Origin: Candidatus Fervidifonticultor secundus
GTDB lineage: Bacteria; Sysuimicrobiota; Sysuimicrobiia; Sysuimicrobiales; Humicultoraceae
Assembly (NCBI GenBank): GCA_031459385.1
Contig: JAVKIP010000003.1
Coordinates: 32,001 to 96,000 of the forward strand
DNA length: 64,000 bases
Direction of reading: 5' to 3'
Position numbers and translations under genes: made by a program. The notes under the pieces are model-generated. The model was not told the origin of the DNA, did not search any database, and saw only the letters and a list, made by a program, of their open reading frames with translations. Shown here one piece after another: positions 51,896-61,419 of this stretch (its first letter is position 1; the number at the start of each line of letters is the position of its first letter).

Positions 51896-53491
51896 GTGAA
51901 GACAGGGATCCGTACGGGACTCGCGCTGGTCCTGGTGGCCGGCCTGCTGGCCCTGCAGCAGGTGCAGGCTACGGCCCAGGCGATCCCCCGGCAGTTGCGC
52001 GTGGCCATCGGGATCGACGCCGACCGGCTCGATCCGGCAGAGCAGACCACCACCACGATCGCCAACGTCGTCGACTACATGTTCGAGACGCTGGTGGACC
52101 TGCACCCGGTCAAGAACGAGATCGTCCCGCGGCTGGCCACCCGCTGGCAGGTCTCGCGCGACGGGCTGACGTACACGTTCACGCTGCGCCGCGGGGTGAC
52201 GTTCCACGACGGGACGCCGTTCAACGCCCAGGCGGTGAAGTTCACGCTGGAGCGGCTGCAGGACCCGCGGATCGCGGTGGCCCTGCGGTTCCTCGTGACC
52301 CCGATCAAGAGCGTGGAGACGCCCAGCGACGATACGGTGCGCGTGACGCTCACCAAGGTCACGCCGACGTTCCTGGCCGACCTGACCACCACGCAGTTCG
52401 CCGTCGTCTCACCCGCGGCCGTGCAGCGCGCGGGCGACCGGTGGCGGGCCGCGCCGACAGGCGGGGGGACCGGGCCGTACATCTTCAAGGAGTGGCGGCG
52501 GGGCGACTCGATCCTGCTGGAGCGCAACCCCACCTACTGGGGCAAGAAGCCGATCTTCGACGAGATCCTCTTCCGCGTGGTCCCCGACGCGGGCACGCGC
52601 CTGACGCAGGTGCTGGCGGGCGACGTGCACCAGGCGATGTTGCCGCCGGCGCCCGACGTCAAGGGCCTGCGCCGCAACCCCCGCGTGACCGTGGTCGAGG
52701 CCCCCAGCGACCGGGTCATCTTCATCGTGCTGAACACCCAGTGGGGGCCGTTCAAGGACGTGCGGGTCCGCCAGGCGATGAACTACGCCGTCAACAAGAA
52801 AGCGATCCTGGCCAGCGTGCTGTTCGACCTGGGCACGGTCGTGGACGGGCCGTGCCCGTCCATGATGTTCGGGTACTCCAAGGTCCAGGACGGTGGCTGG
52901 CCGTTCAACCCCATCAGGGCCAAGCAGCTCCTGGCCGAGGCGGGCTACAGGGACGGGTTCGAGGTCAACTTCTTCTCGCCCACGGGCCGCTACATCCAGG
53001 ACTTCCAGTTCGCGCAGGCGATCGCATCCCAGCTGCGCAACGTCAACGTCCGCGCCACCGTCAGCACCATGGACTGGCCGTCGTACGTGGCCATGATCCA
53101 GACGCCGCTGGAGCGCACGCGGGTGCAGATGATCGTGCTGGGCTGGGCCTGGCCGGTCCTGGACTGCGACGGCGTGCTGTACGGGCAGTTCCACTCGTCC
53201 AACCACCCGCCCCGGGGCCTGGCGCCGGCCTACTACAGCAACCCGAAAGTGGACCAGCTCCTGGACCAGGAGCGCCAGGAGGCCAACGTCGAGCGGCGGA
53301 AGGCGATCATGAAGGAGGCGCAGGAGATCATCTGGAACGACGCGCCGTGGATCTGGCTGTGGAGCCAGAAGTGGTACGTCATCACCGCCAAGAACCTGGA
53401 GGGCGTCCGCATCCACCCCATCGAGAAGTGGACGGCGCTCTGCGAGGGTGGCGAGCCGCAGGTCTCGCACCACTGTGTGACCTGGAAGTGA
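51896..53491 (+). CDS. Peptide/nickel ABC transporter substrate-binding protein (SBP family 5)
   Basis: LATRWQVSRDGLTYTFTLRRGVTFHDGTPFNAQAVKF, GTGPY, VRQAMNYA. GGAGG RBS. Confidence 0.93.
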   Translation: MKTGIRTGLALVLVAGLLALQQVQATAQAIPRQLRVAIGIDADRLDPAEQTTTTIANVVDYMFETLVDLHPVKNEIVPRLATRWQVSRDGLTYTFTLRRGVTFHDGTPFNAQAVKFTLERLQDPRIAVALRFLVTPIKSVETPSDDTVRVTLTKVTPTFLADLTTTQFAVVSPAAVQRAGDRWRAAPTGGGTGPYIFKEWRRGDSILLERNPTYWGKKPIFDEILFRVVPDAGTRLTQVLAGDVHQAMLPPAPDVKGLRRNPRVTVVEAPSDRVIFIVLNTQWGPFKDVRVRQAMNYAVNKKAILASVLFDLGTVVDGPCPSMMFGYSKVQDGGWPFNPIRAKQLLAEAGYRDGFEVNFFSPTGRYIQDFQFAQAIASQLRNVNVRATVSTMDWPSYVAMIQTPLERTRVQMIVLGWAWPVLDCDGVLYGQFHSSNHPPRGLAPAYYSNPKVDQLLDQERQEANVERRKAIMKEAQEIIWNDAPWIWLWSQKWYVITAKNLEGVRIHPIEKWTALCEGGEPQVSHHCVTWK

Positions 53492-53558
53492 GGATCGCCC
53501 GGGGGACGGCACCCGACGGCCGTCCCCCGGCACCCTGCCTCCGCCCGCGTTCTCCTCG

Positions 53559-54479
53559 ATGGGGAGCTACCTGCTCCGTCGCCTCGGCCTGGCCGTCCCG
53601 ACACTCATCGGCGTCACGGTCATCGTCTTCGCCCTCATCCGCCTGATCCCGGGGGACCCGGCCCGGCTCATCCTGGGACTGCAGGCCTCGGAGGACGAGG
53701 TGCAGCGACTGCGCCTCGAGCTGGGGCTGGACAGACCGCTGTACGTCCAGTACGCGCGCTTCCTGGCCCGACTGGCCCGCGGCGACCTCGGGCAGTCGGC
53801 CGTGACCCGCGAGCCCGTCATCGACGAGATCGGCAGCCGGCTGCCGGCAACGGTCCAGCTGGCGGTCTCGAGCATCGTGGTGGCCACCCTGGTGGGGATG
53901 GCCGCGGGGATCCTCTCGGCCACCCGGCAGTACGCCGCCGCGGACTACCTGGTGATGACCGTGGCCCTGTTCGGCGTCTCGCTGCCGGTCTTCTGGCTGG
54001 GCCTGATGCTGATGCTGCTGTTCTCCGTCTACCTCAACTGGCTGCCGGCGGGCGGCTACGGCACGCCCGCGCACCTCGTGCTGCCCACTGTGGCGCTGGC
54101 GGCGTTCTCCATCGCCATCATCGCCCGCATGACCCGCAGCAGCCTGCTGGAGGTGTTCAACCAGGACTACATCCGCACCGCCCGCGCCAAAGGGCTGCAC
54201 GGCCGGGTGGTGATCCTCCGCCACGCGCTGAGAAACGCGCTGATCCCGGTGATCACGGTGATTGGCCTGCAGTTCGGGGCGCTGCTGGGCGGGGCCATCC
54301 TCACCGAGACCGTGTTTGCCTGGCCGGGCATGGGGCGCCTGCTGGTCACCGCCATCACGTCCCGCGACTACGCGGTGATCCAGGGCGTGGTGCTGATCTT
54401 CGCCGGGCTGTTCACCCTGGTGAACCTGGTCGTGGATGTCCTCTACGCCTATGTCGACCCGCGCATCCACTACGGTTAG
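53559..54479 (+). CDS. Peptide ABC transporter permease (DppB/OppB family)
   Basis: IPGDPA, GLDRPLYVQY, DYIRTARAKGL, HALRNA. Confidence 0.94.
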   Translation: MGSYLLRRLGLAVPTLIGVTVIVFALIRLIPGDPARLILGLQASEDEVQRLRLELGLDRPLYVQYARFLARLARGDLGQSAVTREPVIDEIGSRLPATVQLAVSSIVVATLVGMAAGILSATRQYAAADYLVMTVALFGVSLPVFWLGLMLMLLFSVYLNWLPAGGYGTPAHLVLPTVALAAFSIAIIARMTRSSLLEVFNQDYIRTARAKGLHGRVVILRHALRNALIPVITVIGLQFGALLGGAILTETVFAWPGMGRLLVTAITSRDYAVIQGVVLIFAGLFTLVNLVVDVLYAYVDPRIHYG

Positions 54480-54495
54480 GTGGCTCCCAGAAGCC

Positions 54496-55344
54496 GTGGA
54501 GGTGCGCGCGCGGCCCGGCGTCTGGCGCCGGCTGCGCCGGCACCGGACCGCCGTCGTGGGCCTGGCGGTCCTGGCGCTGTTCCTGGTCAGCTCGCTCCTG
54601 GCCCCCCTGCTCTTCACCGAAGATCCGACCGAGGCGAACTTCGAGCGGGTGCTGCAGCCGCCGTCGCGGGCGCACCTGCTGGGCACCGACAACCTGGGCC
54701 GCGACCTGCTGGCCCGCGTCATCTACGGCGCGCGGGTCTCGTTCCTGATCGGCCTGCTGGCGGTCAGCCTGAGCGCGGCGCTCGGGGTCCCGGTGGGGCT
54801 CGTCTCGGGCTACTACGGCGGCGGCGTCGACATCGCCATCCAGCGCCTGGTGGACCTGATGCTGGCGTTCCCGGGCTTCCTGCTGGCCCTGACCCTGATC
54901 GCGGTGCTGGGCGTCGGTGTCCCCAACGTGGTGGTGGCGGTCGGGCTGGCGACGGCGCCCGTCTACATCCGGCTGGTCCGCGGGGTGGCGCTCTCGATCC
55001 GCACCCAGGTGTACGTCGAGGCGGCCCACGCGCTGGGGGCCTCGGCACCGCGCATCCTCCGGCGGCACGTGCTGCCCAACTGCCTGCCCCCGGTGATCGT
55101 GCAGTCGACGCTCCAGCTGGGCACGGCCATCCTGACGGCTGCGGGCCTGGGCTTCCTGGGTCTGGGCGTCAAGCCCCCGACGCCCGAGTGGGGTACGATG
55201 CTGGGCGAAGGCCAGACTTACCTCTTCTCGTCCTGGTACATGGCGACGTTCCCGGGCCTAGCCATCTTCCTGGCGGTGATGGCGTTCAACCTGCTGGGCG
55301 ACGGGTTGCGCGACGCGCTCGACCCCCGCATGCAGCTCCCCTGA
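54496..55344 (+). CDS. Peptide ABC transporter permease (DppC/OppC family)
   Basis: HLLGTDNLGRD, YVEAAHALGAS, PEWG, GDGLRDALDP. The start is uncertain. Confidence 0.92.
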   Translation: MEVRARPGVWRRLRRHRTAVVGLAVLALFLVSSLLAPLLFTEDPTEANFERVLQPPSRAHLLGTDNLGRDLLARVIYGARVSFLIGLLAVSLSAALGVPVGLVSGYYGGGVDIAIQRLVDLMLAFPGFLLALTLIAVLGVGVPNVVVAVGLATAPVYIRLVRGVALSIRTQVYVEAAHALGASAPRILRRHVLPNCLPPVIVQSTLQLGTAILTAAGLGFLGLGVKPPTPEWGTMLGEGQTYLFSSWYMATFPGLAIFLAVMAFNLLGDGLRDALDPRMQLP

Positions 55345-55356
55345 GCCGATGCGGTC

Positions 55357-55989
55357 ATGGCCGCGAACGCGCCGACGGACGCCGAGATCCCCTCGCTCTC
55401 CTCGATTCTCGAGGGAGCGCTGACCCGGGCCGGGCCCCATCCCCTGCGACTGGGCGACCTGCTCGACGAGACCGCCGAGCGCGGCTTCGGGCTGCTGATG
55501 CTCCTGCTGGGACTGCCCATGCTGATTCCGGTGCTGCCGCCCGGGTCGTCGACCGTCGTGGGCCCCATCTACGCCGTGTTCGCGATCCAGATGCTGCGGG
55601 GCAGCGGCCGGCCCTGGCTGCCCCGGTCGCTGCAGAACCGTACGCTGTCGCCCCGGGCGGTCCAGCTCCTCCGGGACCGCGGGCTGCCCATGATCCGCGC
55701 CATCGAACGGTGGTCGCGGCCGCGCGGCTTCTGGCCGGGCGAGCGGGTCGGTGTGCGCATCGTGGCGGTGGCGATGCTGTTCATGGGCCTGATCCTGCTG
55801 GGTCCGTTTCCGTTCCTGAACACCCCGCCGGCAGTGGCGGTGATGCTGCTGGGGGTAGCCCTGCTCAACCGGGACGTGGTGTTCCTGCTGGCCGGGCTGG
55901 CGGTGGCCGCGGTCTCGGTGGGCATCCTGCTGGTGACCGTCGGCCTGCTGGTGAGCCTGTTGGCGTTCCTGCGGGCGGTGCTCCCCTGA
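55357..55989 (+). CDS. ExoD-family exopolysaccharide synthesis membrane protein
   Basis: LGDLLD..ERGFGLLMLLLGLP, GRPWLP, NTPPA...RD motifs. Confidence 0.85.
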   Translation: MAANAPTDAEIPSLSSILEGALTRAGPHPLRLGDLLDETAERGFGLLMLLLGLPMLIPVLPPGSSTVVGPIYAVFAIQMLRGSGRPWLPRSLQNRTLSPRAVQLLRDRGLPMIRAIERWSRPRGFWPGERVGVRIVAVAMLFMGLILLGPFPFLNTPPAVAVMLLGVALLNRDVVFLLAGLAVAAVSVGILLVTVGLLVSLLAFLRAVLP

Positions 55990-55998
55990 TCCGCACGC

Positions 55999-56976
55999 TC
56001 ACGCGTGCAGCTCGAGCACGTCGCGGTCGCGCAGCACGTGGTCCCGGCCGACCATCTGGCCGTCGTACTCGCCCTGCCGCCACAGCCGCGCGTAGCGCAG
56101 GTGCTCGGCGAAGTCCTTGTGCACGGCCGCCGCGGCGTCCTGCACCGTCGTGCCCGCCGGCAGGATGAAGGGCACGTCCAGGTCGGGTTTCCCACCGGGC
56201 TTCTTGCTGTAGACGCGGATCTTGCCCAGCAGGCGGAACATCTCGCGCCGCAGTTCGCTCAGGTTGACGTCCTGCTCCGCGGAGACGGGCAGCACCGGCA
56301 GGCGCCCGCCGTAGAACTCCTTGAAGATCTCCAGCGCGTCGCGGGCGCCGGGCGCGTCCAGCTTGGCCGCGACGAACAGCCCCGGGGTCTGCCGTGGGCC
56401 GCGGGACGCCTCCGGGGGGATGATCTCGACGCCGCCGGCCGCCAGGAGGGCCAGCACCTGCTCGGTGGACGACAGGAGGTCCGGGTCGGCCAGGTCGACG
56501 ACGACCAGCGCGCCGTCGGCGCCGCGGATCAGCGCGTACAGCCAGCCCTCGGCCACTTCGGGGCTCACCGGCGGCAGGTCCACGAGCTGGATCGGCACGT
56601 CCTCGAACGCCGCCATGCCGGCCAGCGGCACCCGCGTCGTGAAGGGATAATCAGCGATCTCTGGTGAGGCGTTCGTGAGCGCCGCCAGGAGCGACGACTT
56701 CCCCGCATTCGGGCCGCCCACGAGCGCGATCTGACCGGCGCCTTCGCGGTCGACGTGGTAGAAGGGCCGGGCGCGCGCGGCCCCGCGGCGCCGCTGCGTC
56801 TCCTGGCGCAGCCTGGCGATGCGGCGCTTGAGATCGGCCTGCATCTTCTCGGTCCCCTTGTGCTTGGGGATCACGGCCAGCATCTCTTCCAGCGCCGCGA
56901 GCTTGGCCTGGGGCGTGGTGGCCGCTTTGAACTTCCGGTCAGCGGCCAGGTACTCTGGCGTCAGGTTCGCAGGCAT
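55999..56976 (-). CDS. DRG/OBG-family GTPase with a C-terminal TGS domain
   Basis: MPANLTPEY, PKHKGTEK, GGPNAGKSS, ADYPFTT, and the TGS segment RVYSK..HKDF..DRDVLELH. Confidence 0.9.
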   Translation of the reverse strand: MPANLTPEYLAADRKFKAATTPQAKLAALEEMLAVIPKHKGTEKMQADLKRRIARLRQETQRRRGAARARPFYHVDREGAGQIALVGGPNAGKSSLLAALTNASPEIADYPFTTRVPLAGMAAFEDVPIQLVDLPPVSPEVAEGWLYALIRGADGALVVVDLADPDLLSSTEQVLALLAAGGVEIIPPEASRGPRQTPGLFVAAKLDAPGARDALEIFKEFYGGRLPVLPVSAEQDVNLSELRREMFRLLGKIRVYSKKPGGKPDLDVPFILPAGTTVQDAAAAVHKDFAEHLRYARLWRQGEYDGQMVGRDHVLRDRDVLELHA

Positions 56977-57065
56977 AGCGCTGGTTGTTATTGTAGCAAG
57001 CCCGGGAACCCTCACGCGCCGCCGGCCGTTCTCTGGCCGGAGATCCTGCCCATGGAGGTGTCTGC

Positions 57066-57767
57066 ATGCGCACGCTATCGCTCGCTCTGCTGGTGATGGT
57101 GGTCGCCGTCCCCGCCGGGGCTCAGGCACCGGACGTGCGGCCGCCGGACGGCGGCCGGAATCAAATCGTCGCCACAGGCACCGGCCGCCTCGAGGTCGCC
57201 CCCGACCAGGCCACGCTGACGATGGGCGCGCAGGTCCAGCGGCCCACAGCGGCCGAGGCCCTGGCCGAGGCCGGGCGCGTCGCTGCCCAGGTGCGGGCGG
57301 GCTGGCAACAGCTGGGCATCCGGACCGAGGCGATGCGCACTGCGATCCTGGACGTGCAGCCGGTGTTCGGCCAGAGCCGGAACGGCGCCCCGCCGCGCAT
57401 GACCGGGTACCAGGCCACGGCTCTGCTCGCCCTCACCGTGGACCAGCTGGCGCTCCTGGGCCGCGCCATCGACGCCGGGATGACAGCGGGCGCGAACGTG
57501 CTGCACGGCCTGACCTTCGGCGTGCGCGACGCCTCCCGGGCCCGGCGTGACGCTCTGGCCGCGGCTGTGCGCGACGCGCGCGAGCGGGCCGAGGCCATGG
57601 CGCAGGCCGCGGGCCTGCGGATCCGCGGCGTCGAGCGGATCGTGGAAGCCGAGGCAGTGGTCGTGACGCGCGAGGTCAGGCTGCGGGCGGCCGCGGCGCC
57701 GGCAGTGCCGGTCGAGCCCGGCCTCGTGACCGTCACGGCGCAGGTGACGGTGGTCTTCTCCTACTGA
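57066..57767 (+). CDS. SIMPL (DUF541, YggE-like) domain protein
   Basis: Signal peptide, GTGRLEVAPDQA, AGAN..GLTF, A..DARERAEAMA, VEPG. Confidence 0.88.
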   Translation: MRTLSLALLVMVVAVPAGAQAPDVRPPDGGRNQIVATGTGRLEVAPDQATLTMGAQVQRPTAAEALAEAGRVAAQVRAGWQQLGIRTEAMRTAILDVQPVFGQSRNGAPPRMTGYQATALLALTVDQLALLGRAIDAGMTAGANVLHGLTFGVRDASRARRDALAAAVRDARERAEAMAQAAGLRIRGVERIVEAEAVVVTREVRLRAAAAPAVPVEPGLVTVTAQVTVVFSY

Positions 57768-57899
57768 ACCGTCCGGCGGGCCGGGGCCAGCGCGGACGCG
57801 ACGCGGCCACCCGTCCGGGCGTGTAGACGCCCGGCGACCGCCGCGGGTACGATGAAAGCGAACCCGTCGCCACGCTGTCGAACCCGATCGAGGAGGTGC

Positions 57900-59417
57900 A
57901 TGGTGAACGTCACGTACGCAGGCCGCAGTGCCGTCCTCCTGGCCCTGGTCGTGGTCCTGGCCGGCGCGGGCCTCGCGCCCGCCGGGCCCGCCGCCCCGCC
58001 GGGGACGCTGCGCATCGCCTACCCGCAGCGGGCGGTCTCCCTCGACGCCCACGGCCCGGCGGCCGCCGAGCGCATCTCGATCATCATCGGCCGCCATCTC
58101 TACGACACCCTGGTGACGTGGGACCCCAAGGCCAAGCAGTTCCAGCCAGCGTTGGCCGAGCGCTGGCGGAGCGTGGATCCCACCACGTGGGAGTTCCAGC
58201 TGCGCCGCGGCGTGCGGTTCCACGACGGCAGCGAGTTCACCTCCGCCGCCGTGAAGACGTCGCTGGAGCGCGTGGTGGCCCTGCGCGGGCCGCTCACGCC
58301 GCTGTTCGCGCCTGTGGCGGCCGTGGACACCCCCGACCCGTACCGCGTCGTGGTCCGGACGCAGACGCCCATGGGCACGCTGCTGTCCAACCTGACGATG
58401 CTCTACATCGTGCCGGCGGGGACGCCGCCGACCCCTGCGTTCGCCGAGAAACCGGTCGGCACCGGCCCGTTCCGGTTCGTGGAGTTCGTGCGCGATACGC
58501 GCGTGGTGCTGGAGGCCAATCCCACCTACTGGCGGCGCGGGATCCCGAAGCTGCAGCGGCTGGTCTTCGTGGACATCCCCGAGCTCTCGGCGCGTGTGAC
58601 GGCACTGGAGACCGGCGAGATCGACATGACCGTCCAGCTCACCCCGGAGGAGATCAAGCGCCTGCGCGGCAATCCCCAGATCAAGATCGAGATCGGCCCG
58701 ACTTACTACACGCGCTTCCTGTGGATCAACCCCACGCGCAGGCCGTTCGATCACCTCAAGGTCCGCCAGGCCCTCCAGCACGCGCTGAACATCCCGGCGA
58801 TCACCAGTTCGCTGCTGGCCGGCATTGCCAAACCCGCGCGGGGCCCGATCGCAGCCAACGTGCTGTGCGCGGTGGAGTTCCCGCCGCGCGCCTTCAACAC
58901 GCCGCTGGCCCGCCGGCTGCTGACCGAGGCCGGCTACCCCGGGGGGTTCGAGACTGAACTGAAGTGGAACGACGCGCTACCCAAAGAGCGGGAGGTCGCC
59001 GACGCCATCGTGGGACAGCTGGCTCTGGTGGGTATCCGCGTGAAGAACACGCTGCAGCCGCGCGCCATCTGGCTGGATGATCTGCTCAAGCTCAACTGGG
59101 AGCTGAACCTGCTGGGCACGGGCGCCGTGACCGGCGATGCCGACTACACTCTGGGGCGCCTGTACCACTCGCGGGCCAGGCGGACCGGCTACGCCAACCC
59201 GGAGGTCGACCGGCTGCTGGAGCAGGCCGCTGCCACGGTGGACCTCAACCGGCGGTGCGAGATGTACAGGCGGGTGCAAGAGATCCTCTGGACCGAGGGG
59301 CCGGCGGTGTTCCTCTTCGAGGCGCTGGAGAGCTACGCATACCGCACCCGCGTCCAGGGCTTCACGCTGCCGCCCAGCGAGATCTTCGAGCTGTCGGAGG
59401 TCACCGTCTCGCCCTGA
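57900..59417 (+). CDS. Peptide/nickel ABC transporter substrate-binding protein (SBP family 5)
   Basis: PALAERW..TTWEFQLRRGVRFHDG, GTGPF, KVRQAL. AGGAGGT RBS. Confidence 0.92.
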   Translation: MVNVTYAGRSAVLLALVVVLAGAGLAPAGPAAPPGTLRIAYPQRAVSLDAHGPAAAERISIIIGRHLYDTLVTWDPKAKQFQPALAERWRSVDPTTWEFQLRRGVRFHDGSEFTSAAVKTSLERVVALRGPLTPLFAPVAAVDTPDPYRVVVRTQTPMGTLLSNLTMLYIVPAGTPPTPAFAEKPVGTGPFRFVEFVRDTRVVLEANPTYWRRGIPKLQRLVFVDIPELSARVTALETGEIDMTVQLTPEEIKRLRGNPQIKIEIGPTYYTRFLWINPTRRPFDHLKVRQALQHALNIPAITSSLLAGIAKPARGPIAANVLCAVEFPPRAFNTPLARRLLTEAGYPGGFETELKWNDALPKEREVADAIVGQLALVGIRVKNTLQPRAIWLDDLLKLNWELNLLGTGAVTGDADYTLGRLYHSRARRTGYANPEVDRLLEQAAATVDLNRRCEMYRRVQEILWTEGPAVFLFEALESYAYRTRVQGFTLPPSEIFELSEVTVSP

Positions 59418-59474
59418 TCCCGGCGTGGGAGAGGCGGCGGCCTCGTGGGTGCCGCCTCCCCCACCGCGCGCCGC

Positions 59475-60395
59475 ATGGGCCCCTATCTGCTGCGCCGGCT
59501 CCTGGCCGCGACGCTCGTCGTCTGGGGCGTCCTGACCGTCATCTTCCTCGTCGTCCGGGTGATCCCCGGGGACCCGGCCGCGGTGCTGCTCGGGACGTTC
59601 GCGACCGCCGACCTGGTAGCCGAGCAGCGCGCGAAGATGGGGCTCGACCGGCCGCTGCCCGTGCAGTACTTCCTCTTCCTGCGGCAGGCCATCGCGGGCG
59701 ACTGGGGCCGGTCCTACCACGAGGGCCGCGAGGCGTTCGCCATGGTGCTGGAGCGCCTGCCTGCCACGCTGGAACTGGCCGTCGCGGCCATCGTGCTCAC
59801 TACCGTGGTCAGCTTCGCGCTGGGATCGGTCGCCGCCCGCAGGGCGCAGTCAGCCGTCGACCGCGCCATCGGCCTGGTCTCCCTGGTCGGCCAGGCGGTG
59901 CCGAACTTCTGGCTGGGCCTGGTGTTCATCATCGTCTTCGCCCGGATGCTCCACTGGCTGCCCTCGTTCGGGCGCGGTACGATCTGGCACCTGGTGCTGC
60001 CTACGGTGACGCTCTCGGTGCAGCTGATGGGCGTCATGACCCGGCTGATCCGGGCCGGGCTGCTGGAGACGCTGGGCCAGGAGTACGTGCGGACCGCGCG
60101 CGCCAAGGGGCTGGCGGAGGCGGCGGTGCTGGCCCGCCACGTCTACCGCAACATGCTCATCCCGGTGGTGACGATGCTGGGCCTGCAGCTGGGCGCCCTG
60201 CTGGGCGGCGTGGTGGTGCTGGAGACGGTCTTCGCCTGGCCGGGCCTGGGCCGGCTCATCGTCACCGCCATCAACAACCGCGACTACCCGGTGGTGCAGG
60301 CCGCGGTGACGTTTGCCGCGCTCGCGGTGGTGGCGCTCAACGTCCTGGTCGACCTGACCTACGCGTACCTCGATCCGCGCATCCGCTACACGTGA
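59475..60395 (+). CDS. Peptide ABC transporter permease (DppB family)
   Basis: IPGDPA, GLDRPLPVQY, EYVRTARAKGL, DPRIRY. Confidence 0.93.
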   Translation: MGPYLLRRLLAATLVVWGVLTVIFLVVRVIPGDPAAVLLGTFATADLVAEQRAKMGLDRPLPVQYFLFLRQAIAGDWGRSYHEGREAFAMVLERLPATLELAVAAIVLTTVVSFALGSVAARRAQSAVDRAIGLVSLVGQAVPNFWLGLVFIIVFARMLHWLPSFGRGTIWHLVLPTVTLSVQLMGVMTRLIRAGLLETLGQEYVRTARAKGLAEAAVLARHVYRNMLIPVVTMLGLQLGALLGGVVVLETVFAWPGLGRLIVTAINNRDYPVVQAAVTFAALAVVALNVLVDLTYAYLDPRIRYT

Positions 60396-61369
60396 CGCCC
60401 TCCCGTCCCCAGCGCCAGCCCGACCCGGGCGCCGCCCCGCCGGCCGCGCCCGGCAGCAGCGCGCCTGCGCGGGCCGCTCGGCGGCGGGCGGCCGATGCCG
60501 ACGCGCGCGAGGCCCGCCGGCCCCGCCGCCGGCTGTGGACGACCCGCAAGGGACGGCGCATGGCCCTCACCGGCGCGCTACTGCTCGCGACCGCGGTGGC
60601 GGGCCTGGCGGGCCCGGCCGTCGTGCCCTACGACCCGCTCGCCCTGCGCCTGGACGCGCGGCTGCTGCCGCCCGGCGCCCGGCTGCCCGAGGGCGGCATC
60701 GCCTGGTTCGGCACCGACCAGCTGGGGCGCGACCTGTTCGGGCAGGTGGTGCACGGCGCCCGGGTGTCGATGCTGGTCGCCCTCAGCACCGTCGGCATCG
60801 CGGGCGTCGTCGGCACGGCGCTCGGCCTCCTGGCGGGCTACGCCGGCGGGAAGACCGACATGGTGGTGATGGGCCTGGTCGACGTGCAGCTGGCGATCCC
60901 GCCCCTGCTGCTGGCCATCTTGATGGCAGCGATGCTGGGCCCGTCGGTACCCAACGTCATCCTGACCCTGTCGGTGATTCGGTGGGCCGTCTTCGCCCGC
61001 CTGGCCCGCGGCTCGACCCTGGCCCTGCGCGAGAAGGAGTTCGTGGAAGCCGCCCGGGCGTTGGGCGCCAGCCACGCGCGCATCATGGGCCGCCACCTGC
61101 TCGTGAACATCCTGACGCCGCTGGTGATCCTGGCCACGCTGCAGATCGCGCTGCAGATGCTGGCCGAGGCTGCCCTCTCGTTCCTGGGCCTGGGGATTCC
61201 CCACCCCCTGCCGTCGTGGGGCGTGACGATCAGCCAGGGCCGCGACTACCTCCAGAACGCCTGGTGGATCGCGACGATCCCCGGCGGCGTCATGACGCTG
61301 GCGGTGCTGGCTGCGGGCGCGTTCGGCGACGCGCTGCGGGACTACCTGGACCCGCGCTTCGGGTACTGA
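60392..61369 (+). CDS. Peptide ABC transporter permease (DppC family)
   Basis: GTDQLGRD, EFVEAARALGAS, PSWG, GDALRDYLDP. GTGA overlap with the upstream stop. Confidence 0.92.
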   Translation: MTPSRPQRQPDPGAAPPAAPGSSAPARAARRRAADADAREARRPRRRLWTTRKGRRMALTGALLLATAVAGLAGPAVVPYDPLALRLDARLLPPGARLPEGGIAWFGTDQLGRDLFGQVVHGARVSMLVALSTVGIAGVVGTALGLLAGYAGGKTDMVVMGLVDVQLAIPPLLLAILMAAMLGPSVPNVILTLSVIRWAVFARLARGSTLALREKEFVEAARALGASHARIMGRHLLVNILTPLVILATLQIALQMLAEAALSFLGLGIPHPLPSWGVTISQGRDYLQNAWWIATIPGGVMTLAVLAAGAFGDALRDYLDPRFGY

Positions 61370-61419
61370 GGGCCGCCCTGTCGGCCTGGCACGCCCGGCC
61401 CTGCGTTGCCGGCTCCCGG

